Positions 57,231 through 64,000 of a stretch of 64,000 bases of DNA are shown piece by piece (position 1 is the first letter of the stretch; each line of letters begins with the position of its first letter). Source of the stretch: a virus; IMG/VR virus record IMGVR_UViG_3300030060_007200. One strand, 5' to 3'. The notes beneath the pieces are model-generated. The model was not told the origin of the DNA, did no database searches, and was given only the letters and a program-made list of their open reading frames with translations. The translations under genes and the position numbers were made by a program.

Positions 57231-57447
57231 TCATAAGTGTTGTAGCAGAATTTATGGCTTCAATGTGAGACTTAAAAGGACCTGAAACTTTATTTTTGCC
57301 GTGAAAAACAAACACCTCTACTTTTCCAGGTATGGTTTGTATATCACCATTGTTTAACCTTCTTTTGCGAGGCATGTCAATTTTTTGACGGACATCAAAA
57401 TATCCTATCTTACATATATAGCTTCCGTATTTTTCCTTTTTTCCCAT
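57196..57447 (-). CDS. Hypothetical protein
   Basis: Intact ORF with late motif upstream. Confidence 0.6.
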   Translation of the reverse strand: MGKKEKYGSYICKIGYFDVRQKIDMPRKRRLNNGDIQTIPGKVEVFVFHGKNKVSGPFKSHIEAINSATTLMSEGFRYNKHEK

Positions 57448-57464
57448 CGTATATAAATATATAT

Positions 57465-57611
57465 TTATTTAGTTTTGGCTTTTCTAGCCTTCTTCTCTTT
57501 TAATCGAGCTAGCTCTTGTTTGAATGCATTTATCACCCAGCCATCTTGTCTACCGTGAGCAGTTAACTCACTTTCAAGATATTTAATTCGCTCGTCTAAA
57601 CTTTGTTTCAT
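57465..57611 (-). CDS. Small hypothetical protein (48 aa)
   Basis: Hand-translated MKQSLDERIKYLESEL..DGWV. Confidence 0.5.
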   Translation of the reverse strand: MKQSLDERIKYLESELTAHGRQDGWVINAFKQELARLKEKKARKAKTK

Positions 57612-57856
57612 TAGTTTACCCTTACTTTTAATCCTTTTATTTCTGTTAAAAATTCTTCAACAGTTAGCGTTTTGCCTTTATCAGTTTTTATTTTTACATC
57701 TGGTAGCATTTCAGGTTTACTATCTACCATTTTCATTAAAATTTTTAATCCTGCTCCTGCCCAAAATACACCAAATCCTGTATTCTCTCCTAATAAATTA
57801 GAATCAAAATAAACTTCCTTTTCAGTATCTCCTGGCATCATTACAAAATATGTCAT
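57611..57856 (-). CDS. Hypothetical protein
   Basis: Intact ORF coupled to the sugar cluster. Confidence 0.6.
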   Translation of the reverse strand: MTYFVMMPGDTEKEVYFDSNLLGENTGFGVFWAGAGLKILMKMVDSKPEMLPDVKIKTDKGKTLTVEEFLTEIKGLKVRVN

Positions 57857-58569
57857 TTTTTATATTCCAATATTAAATCAAGAGCTTTACTTTCAAACTC
57901 TTCAGCCAATATTTCTGTATTAGGTATTACACAATGACCTCCAATACCTCCTTCAGGTGGATATAAATTAGGTCTTACAACATTCTGCATATCCAAACCA
58001 TAATATCCTAAATTATATGAAAGAGTCCATTTGTTAATAACGTCAAAATCTATATTGTGTTTATCACACATCTTTTTCATTTCACCATGCCATGCTATGC
58101 AAAGACCATAATATGTCGTACTTGTTAACTTGGCAAGTTCAGTAGAATCTGAATTGTGTACAGGATAAAATACTATTCCTAAATCTTCATAATGCTCTTT
58201 CGCAAGAGCTAGGTCCACAGGGTCATTATATCCTATAAATTTAACAAACTTTTCAATACCTTCTTTTAGATTAGGATGCACACCTCTTACAGGTGAATGT
58301 ACACAAGGTCTTTTTATTTGTTTTGTTGTACCAACAGGTACCGTAGAATGAATTATTGTTATTTTTGGTAAATACTCATCGATATAATCATTGACTACAT
58401 TTACGAATTCTTCACCGTGAGGCAAACAAATATCTAACACATCTACCTTTCCGTGTATTGTATTGAAATTTATATCTCGAATCATAGGCTCTTTACCTTT
58501 TGCCTTATATACCTCTGCAAGTGACGAGCCTATTTCTCCATTTCCTATTATTGCAATTCTAGTTTCCAT
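57853..58569 (-). CDS. NDP-sugar 6-dehydrogenase family protein (lacks the C-terminal domain)
   Basis: GNGEIG Rossmann motif, STVPVGTT, HSP, ELAK and GGIGGHCV. Confidence 0.85.
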   Translation of the reverse strand: METRIAIIGNGEIGSSLAEVYKAKGKEPMIRDINFNTIHGKVDVLDICLPHGEEFVNVVNDYIDEYLPKITIIHSTVPVGTTKQIKRPCVHSPVRGVHPNLKEGIEKFVKFIGYNDPVDLALAKEHYEDLGIVFYPVHNSDSTELAKLTSTTYYGLCIAWHGEMKKMCDKHNIDFDVINKWTLSYNLGYYGLDMQNVVRPNLYPPEGGIGGHCVIPNTEILAEEFESKALDLILEYKK

Positions 58570-58945
58570 TTAATATCTCCGTTGTTGAATAACCTTCTAT
58601 TCTTTCAAAAAATCTTACATGTTGAGCGTGCTCATCTCCAATTACTTCTTTGTTTTTCCAGTCAGAACCTACAATTAAAACATGAGGTTTTACATTAGAA
58701 ATTATCTCATTTAATTTTTCTGCAGTGTCGAAAACAAAAACCTTGTCGATATATTTTATTGATAAAAGCATCTCAACTCTATCTTCTAATTTATTAAAAG
58801 GTCTATTTTCACCTTTATCTTTTTTTACTTTTTCATCAGAATCAATTCCTACATACAATTTATTACCTAGTGTTTTTGCATGTTTGAATAATTCTATGTG
58901 ACCTCGATGTAATACATCAAAGCATCCATTTGTCCATACTGTCAT
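58559..58945 (-). CDS. hldC: Heptose-1-phosphate nucleotidyltransferase (RfaE domain II)
   Basis: TNGCFDVLHRGH, KGENRPFN, GSDW and GYSTT. Confidence 0.88.
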   Translation of the reverse strand: MTVWTNGCFDVLHRGHIELFKHAKTLGNKLYVGIDSDEKVKKDKGENRPFNKLEDRVEMLLSIKYIDKVFVFDTAEKLNEIISNVKPHVLIVGSDWKNKEVIGDEHAQHVRFFERIEGYSTTEILNGN

Positions 58946-59667
58946 ATTGTTACTACACCTCTTTTTTGTACAACTTCTGAAGCACATTTATTTGCAAAAT
59001 CAATCGATTCTTCAACAGAATTTGTAATTATATATTTGTATACCAAACCTGCAAGGAATGTATCACCAGCTCCTGAAACATTTGATACCTTTACTTTCTT
59101 CTTTGTTTTGAACGCATCATTTCTATACCAAGCACCTTCAGCTCCTTTTGTTACGATTACATTATCAGAATCGTAGTCTGTATTGCTGTTCCATTCATGT
59201 TCGTTAATTTTAATAAAATCTATATCGTGACACCATTTGCCTAGTTTCTTTTTTGTATCTAAAAACGTAGGACATTTACATATCTCTGCAACATTACTAA
59301 TAATATCTTCTGTTAAAAATCCTTTATTATAGTCAGATATTACTACAGCATCAAATTTATATTGTTCTAAATATTCATTAAAATCTAATTCACATTTACG
59401 TGCAAAATCATTTTCATCGAACCTCATAACCATTTGGCCTGATTTGTCATCTACATATCTTGTCTTTTTTATTGGAGAAGAATTTGTTACGATGTATGTT
59501 TCACAGCCTAATGATTCTAAATTTGCAACTACATTACCTGCCATTCCAGGATTTTCTGTTTCACACACAGGATTCAAAACTGGTACTGGTGCCTCAGGAC
59601 AAAGTCTATTTATATTACAATAAATAAATTTATCAATGCAGCTGTCACCTATAACTAAAACTCTCAT
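58942..59667 (-). CDS. hldA: Heptose-7-phosphate kinase (RfaE domain I, PfkB family)
   Basis: VIGD..D, RLCPEAPVPV, GMAGNV, ISDYNKG and SGAGDTFLAG. Confidence 0.88.
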   Translation of the reverse strand: MRVLVIGDSCIDKFIYCNINRLCPEAPVPVLNPVCETENPGMAGNVVANLESLGCETYIVTNSSPIKKTRYVDDKSGQMVMRFDENDFARKCELDFNEYLEQYKFDAVVISDYNKGFLTEDIISNVAEICKCPTFLDTKKKLGKWCHDIDFIKINEHEWNSNTDYDSDNVIVTKGAEGAWYRNDAFKTKKKVKVSNVSGAGDTFLAGLVYKYIITNSVEESIDFANKCASEVVQKRGVVTI

Positions 59668-60026
59668 TGACTATCTCCTTTTCTTACTCTATAACTATCA
59701 GGGTCAAAGTGTTGAGTTGAAACTTCAAATATTTCTGAATTATCTTGAAGAGCTACCAGTTGATGTGGCTGTCCTCTTTCAATTGTAATACATGTACCAA
59801 TACCTATAACTGTCGAATGCTCTTCTGCACTTTCAGTATCTATCCACCTATATTCGAAACTACCTTTTCCTACATACCAAGATTCTTTTTTAATTACATG
59901 ATAATGCATTGAAAATTTATTTCCTTTTTTATTAAATCTTAAAAGCTTTCCACAATATTCTTCATCATTATGAATCCATATCTCTTGTCCCCAAGCTTTA
60001 TCTACAACTTTTGGTTTTACTATCAT
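59664..60026 (-). CDS. Cupin-fold sugar isomerase
   Basis: KAWGQE, SMHYH..K.ESWYV, PHQL, EVST and DSYRVRKGD. Confidence 0.85.
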   Translation of the reverse strand: MIVKPKVVDKAWGQEIWIHNDEEYCGKLLRFNKKGNKFSMHYHVIKKESWYVGKGSFEYRWIDTESAEEHSTVIGIGTCITIERGQPHQLVALQDNSEIFEVSTQHFDPDSYRVRKGDSQ

Positions 60027-60799
60027 AATAAAATTTCCATTTTCCTTTTTATATCTTTCACAGAAGGATTCCAATCTTCACAAATAATATATTCTACATT
60101 TGTATTAAAAGGATTCCAGTCTTTTGTATATCTTTTCTTATTCGATTGTCCATAAGGTTTGCCGCACCAAGTCAGCTGGTTCAATCCACATAGTGATGCA
60201 AGATGCATAGGTCCTGACGAAGGTCCTATAATTAAATCTGCGCTTTTCATATAATCCTGTATTTCAATATCTCTTAAATCTTCTGTACCTTCTATATGGT
60301 GTGCAGCATTTTTTGTACCTACACTCGCAAATTTGTATTCTGGAAAGCTATCTACAATTTCAGAAAAATTATCAATACTCCAATTTCTTATTTGAGTCCC
60401 TGCCTTATTTGTATTTCTTGCATGTATTAAAATTTTTATATCTGTATCTATTTTATTTCCATATTCTATAAAGCTTTGTTGCAAACTAGGTCTCCAACCA
60501 TGTTCAGGAGTATAATGTGTTAACATGTGATTGTATGGAATATATGTACAACCTTTTGGAGGTTTAGGTATATTTGTCATTTTTCCACGATTAAAATAAG
60601 AATCTGGTTCGTATGAATCTGGTTCATATGAAATATATTCATCACAAAAATCTTCATATAAAAATTTTGTAGATTTTCTTCCTGACACTATTACTTTTTC
60701 AAAATCATTTACCTCAACATATTTTCTTAAAATACCTTGCCAGCAAAATAATTCCCAACCAAATTCTCCAACCCATGGTCCTGCAAATAGTGTTTTCAT
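60023..60799 (-). CDS. Glycosyltransferase family 9-like (heptosyltransferase-like)
   Basis: RNWS..F and ADLIIGPSSGPMHLASLCG. Confidence 0.78.
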   Translation of the reverse strand: MKTLFAGPWVGEFGWELFCWQGILRKYVEVNDFEKVIVSGRKSTKFLYEDFCDEYISYEPDSYEPDSYFNRGKMTNIPKPPKGCTYIPYNHMLTHYTPEHGWRPSLQQSFIEYGNKIDTDIKILIHARNTNKAGTQIRNWSIDNFSEIVDSFPEYKFASVGTKNAAHHIEGTEDLRDIEIQDYMKSADLIIGPSSGPMHLASLCGLNQLTWCGKPYGQSNKKRYTKDWNPFNTNVEYIICEDWNPSVKDIKRKMEILL

Positions 60800-60832
60800 A
60801 TCTTTAATATAACAAATTTTTATGAATTAAGT
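60800..60832 (-). promoter_or_regulatory. Internal early/middle-type promoter in the sugar cluster
   Basis: TTAATTCATAAAATTTGTTATATTAAAG matches the 22141 promoter. Confidence 0.55.
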
Positions 60833-61602
60833 AAATAATCTTTGTACTTTTTTGTTCCTAATTTAACATTATTTTTTGGTTGCCAACCTGGCATAAATTT
60901 TTCTTTGTCAGCCTGTGTAAAATATTGATACCATCCAGGTATTTTATCTGGTGTATGATATTCATAATCTATACCTATACCTCCAACAAGACTTTCAAAT
61001 GTTTCTGCATTTCCTGAACCTACATCGAACAAACCTCTTTCAAGAGTTGCAGCATGTATATTAGCATCTACAACATCATCGATATATACAAAATCTCTTT
61101 TTATATCACCTGGAAATAATTTGAACTCTCCTGCTTTCCAAGCTTGATATGCAACTGATGCCATTTTTCCTTTGTGTTCCTCGCCTGGTCCATAAACATT
61201 AAAATATCTTAAAGCAACAAATCTTTCGCAAGCCTTTAATCCATAGTCCTCTGCAAGTAATTTAGACCATCCATAAATATTGTTAGGTATACCATCACCT
61301 CCTCCGTAATTTGCAGCAGAGCTTGAATACACAACCTTAACATTGTATTTTCTTGCTAAATCAAATATTCTTTTACTTAATGTGTAATTATAGTAAAGCA
61401 TCTCATTCGAGTCCTGTAATGTAGTATCAGATATTGCACCAACATGAAATATAACATCACATTGTTTAATAATTGTTTCTAAATTATAATCTTCATAAAC
61501 GCCATCTCTTTCCAAACAATAAGCGTAATGACCTAATTTTTTTAATTTTTTTAATAGATTAGAACCTATAAATCCTTTATGTCCTGTTAACAATGCTTTC
61601 AT
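60820..61602 (-). CDS. hldD: ADP-L-glycero-D-manno-heptose 6-epimerase
   Basis: TGHKGFIG, HVGAISDTT, SSAANYG, YGWSK, RYFNVYGPGEEHKGKMASV and YQYFTQAD. Confidence 0.88.
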   Translation of the reverse strand: MKALLTGHKGFIGSNLLKKLKKLGHYAYCLERDGVYEDYNLETIIKQCDVIFHVGAISDTTLQDSNEMLYYNYTLSKRIFDLARKYNVKVVYSSSAANYGGGDGIPNNIYGWSKLLAEDYGLKACERFVALRYFNVYGPGEEHKGKMASVAYQAWKAGEFKLFPGDIKRDFVYIDDVVDANIHAATLERGLFDVGSGNAETFESLVGGIGIDYEYHTPDKIPGWYQYFTQADKEKFMPGWQPKNNVKLGTKKYKDYLLNS

Positions 61603-62300
61603 AATCCTTTTATCATTCTCCATCTTTTTTTATCTAATATCATTTGCTCTAATTTATTGCTTATACCTTTTTCAAATATACCAGCCCCTCCATAGTGTAT
61701 CGCATACGAATCAAATCTATTTGCATTGTTGTTCCAGTCTTCTGAAAACATTGTCATATGATTCCACTTATATGATAATTCATGTACCTTATGTTTGTAT
61801 TTGTTTATTAGATATCCCATGTGTACATCGTCATATCCAAAACCTATCCAATATTCTCCATTTATCTTTTCATATATGTTACTGTGGCATTTAGATGTTA
61901 ATAAAAATGCAGAATCAATATATCCACTTTGCCATCCTACGTTACCCCATTTTGCCTGTGCCTGCATAATACATTGTCTTCTTGCTGCTGCTCTACTTCC
62001 TTTGTCTTCATAAACACTAGCTATACAATCATAAGGTACAATATCAAATATGTTAGGACAGTCAGGTGAAAGAAGTACATCTGAATCTATGTGAAGTATT
62101 CTATCGTATTTTTCATGAAGTTGTTTATGTTTGAAAATTCTGTAGTGCCATTTTCCATCACCATCATTACAGTCTGACTTATGACTCATTATTTCAAAAT
62201 CAGCACCAACATTTTCTGCATATTTTTTTATTATCGGATGTGTTATATCTGTCCAATTTTTTATACCTTCATCTGCTCTAGTTGTAATTAAAAGCTTCAT
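61599..62300 (-). CDS. GT-A glycosyltransferase (GT8-like)
   Basis: YDRILHIDSDVL (DxD), KWN and IHYGG. Confidence 0.78.
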   Translation of the reverse strand: MKLLITTRADEGIKNWTDITHPIIKKYAENVGADFEIMSHKSDCNDGDGKWHYRIFKHKQLHEKYDRILHIDSDVLLSPDCPNIFDIVPYDCIASVYEDKGSRAAARRQCIMQAQAKWGNVGWQSGYIDSAFLLTSKCHSNIYEKINGEYWIGFGYDDVHMGYLINKYKHKVHELSYKWNHMTMFSEDWNNNANRFDSYAIHYGGAGIFEKGISNKLEQMILDKKRWRMIKGL

Positions 62301-63208
62301 TTTATCTCGTCCATAAATTTAAGTCTTCTACAAGTGTTATTTCTTTTTAATTCTAGACAATCTTCTGATATAAAATATTTAATCATATTTTCAAAATGGT
62401 CAGCTTTTTCTATTTCAATATTTTTTACATTTCCATTTTTAATAATCTGTATAGGATTTGTACATTCAGGTGTTCTAGAAAATGCTCGTTGAAGTTTTAG
62501 TACCTCATCTTCACAACTTATTGTTATTTCATTTCTATATGCCTGGCCAAATCCAAAATTTATATTGGCTATAGAATCCATATATGTAAAACATATTGTA
62601 CCTCTTTCTATTACCTCAGACTCAATACATGTAAATGTATGGCCTTCAGGTGTGTCTCCTAATATCCTATAAACAAAACTTAAAGGATATATAAGTGAGT
62701 CGTGTATTGAACCACCGCCTAGCTTCTTTGAATATCTTATATCATTTTCATTTGCAAAATAAGGAAAACAGAAAGTTGCATCGATATGTTTAACATCACC
62801 CATATCTTTTAATAATTCATCTATTTTATTATGTACTGGGTGGAATTCATACATCAACGCCTCCATACATTTTAAGCCTTTTTGCTTTGCTATGTTAAAT
62901 AATTCTACAGCTTCTATTGTTGATGTTGTAAAGGTTTTTTCCATAAGAAGATGCTTTCCTGATAATAAAACTTTTTTGCCCCATTCGTAGTGAAGAGCAG
63001 GTGGCAATGAAACATATATTATATCTACGTCACTTTTTAATAACTCATCGTATGTATATGGGTTTGTATAATATTCAAATCCCCAATCGATTGCTTTGTT
63101 AATATCTCTTGACGCTACACCATAAAGCGTTAAATCTTTTACTTTTTTTATTGCAGGGATTACACATCTCTTTGCAATTGATGAACAACCTAAAATTCCT
63201 ATTTTCAT
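62297..63208 (-). CDS. Gfo/Idh/MocA oxidoreductase, NDP-hexose 3-ketoreductase-like
   Basis: GCSSIA, VASR, LLMEK, DIRY..LGGGS..D..YP. Confidence 0.85.
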   Translation of the reverse strand: MKIGILGCSSIAKRCVIPAIKKVKDLTLYGVASRDINKAIDWGFEYYTNPYTYDELLKSDVDIIYVSLPPALHYEWGKKVLLSGKHLLMEKTFTTSTIEAVELFNIAKQKGLKCMEALMYEFHPVHNKIDELLKDMGDVKHIDATFCFPYFANENDIRYSKKLGGGSIHDSLIYPLSFVYRILGDTPEGHTFTCIESEVIERGTICFTYMDSIANINFGFGQAYRNEITISCEDEVLKLQRAFSRTPECTNPIQIIKNGNVKNIEIEKADHFENMIKYFISEDCLELKRNNTCRRLKFMDEIK

Positions 63209-63209
63209 T

Positions 63210-63953
63210 TTAACAATGTGCTATAATACTTCTTAAGCAATGACCTACCCAAGCATCTTGCTTACAGCATTCCTTTATTTGATGTAAACTCATCCAAATA
63301 AAATTGTCGTTAACTAAATCAATTTCACAATCAACTTCAACAATCATATTTAGATTTCTTTTATTATATAATCTACCTCCATCTTCAGCAAGCCATTTTT
63401 TGTAAATTACATTGTATTTATCGTCCTGAAAATATTCAAGATAATTAGGTGTGTTACCTAAATGTGCTTTTTTAATATTACTAAATGTAGCTTGAAGTGT
63501 AGGACTTATTTGTACCATATTAGGATTACCTGGTTCACATTTTGCCTCAACCAAATAATGAGGTACACCTTCAAATCTTTTTCTTAATACTCCTAAAATA
63601 CCACCATCCCATCCTGTCTGCTTTACAATAGGCTGGTCCCAACCTCCTTTGCATTCACGAACATCAGTTGAAACTCTTAATCCTAATATAGAAAAGAACT
63701 CTCCGCTATCATGAAATATTTTTTCGCCATCAATATTCCATTTTTCACATTCGCTCAAAGATATTTCCTCGACAGTCATTTGTTTTTTATTGATGATATT
63801 TTTATACCATTTTTCAATTTGCTCAAACGTATGAAATAAAGACCAATCATTGAGAGACTCAAAGTTAAATTCAAGTGTATTTATATCAGTATCTATTCCT
63901 AACTTTGCAACCTCATTTTTATATTCTGAAAATTTTTCCTTGTATGTTTTCAT
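63210..63953 (-). CDS. NDP-hexose 2,3-dehydratase (single-domain)
   Basis: HDSGEFFSI.G, WDQPIV.Q, EPGN..QISPTLQAT.SN and EDGGRLYNKRN.NM. Confidence 0.87.
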   Translation of the reverse strand: MKTYKEKFSEYKNEVAKLGIDTDINTLEFNFESLNDWSLFHTFEQIEKWYKNIINKKQMTVEEISLSECEKWNIDGEKIFHDSGEFFSILGLRVSTDVRECKGGWDQPIVKQTGWDGGILGVLRKRFEGVPHYLVEAKCEPGNPNMVQISPTLQATFSNIKKAHLGNTPNYLEYFQDDKYNVIYKKWLAEDGGRLYNKRNLNMIVEVDCEIDLVNDNFIWMSLHQIKECCKQDAWVGHCLRSIIAHC

Positions 63954-64000
63954 ATATTATATCCAAAGTGATTAAGACATGGGATAAGATTTACAAATAA
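63950..64000 (-). CDS. C-terminal fragment of an upstream gene (partial)
   Basis: Open frame LFVNLIPCLNHFGYNI* whose TGA overlaps the ATG of the dehydratase. Confidence 0.4.
   Translation of the reverse strand, partial: LFVNLIPCLNHFGYNI

Noticed and set aside
973-62013. All plus-strand ORFs in the track (e.g. 22565..23275, 33697..34182, 55625..56101, 18412..18819)
   Set aside because: They are antisense shadows of minus-strand genes or promoters, rich in F/L/S/I and without recognisable motifs.
57853-63953. Host LPS locus or chimeric assembly
   Set aside because: Same strand, composition and gene packing as the phage genes, with a phage-type promoter at about 60800; read-level confirmation is still advisable.
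1-64000. Alternative genetic code (stop-codon reassignment)
   Set aside because: Long genes are intact and tightly packed under the standard code.

Overview
This is an AT-rich segment of a large (probably jumbo) contractile-tailed dsDNA phage, with every credible gene on the minus strand. A Bacteroidota host is indicated by a type A T9SS C-terminal signal, Gln at +1 after several signal peptides, D-(S/T)-hydrophobic sequons in exported proteins, TAnnTTT-type promoters and a G-initiated tmRNA tag. Layout by coordinate: an Mre11-Rad50 (SbcD-SbcC) fusion, primase and GIY-YIG nuclease (1-3.2 kb); baseplate/tail genes including gp6-, gp25- and gp5-like (3.2-18.7 kb); an outer-membrane barrel, gp55-like sigma factor, HD protein and lysozyme (18.8-24.5 kb); a compact circularly permuted tmRNA (24.56-24.79 kb); an early-type region with repeated promoters, ligase and a MoxR AAA+/vWA pair (25-39 kb); two virion-like proteins sharing a possible degenerate Hint domain (39-43.6 kb); a block of proteins with M-x-K-L-K-x-I/L-L-x-E leaders interleaved with an envelope/T9SS module (44-57 kb); and an ADP-heptose/deoxysugar/glycosyltransferase cluster (57.8-64 kb). 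The main candidate new systems are: (1) a [S/T]-[G/A/S/Q]-S motif strongly enriched in virion proteins, possibly the sequon for phage-encoded glycosylation; (2) the two-piece, pk1-less tmRNA; (3) capsid-targeted cargo enzymes, including an Ntn hydrolase apparently unmasked by cleavage after INE; (4) a phage-encoded T9SS substrate within an outer-membrane module; and (5) Shine-Dalgarno use in late but not early genes. All family calls come from motif recognition by eye, counts are manual, and no database searches were run.
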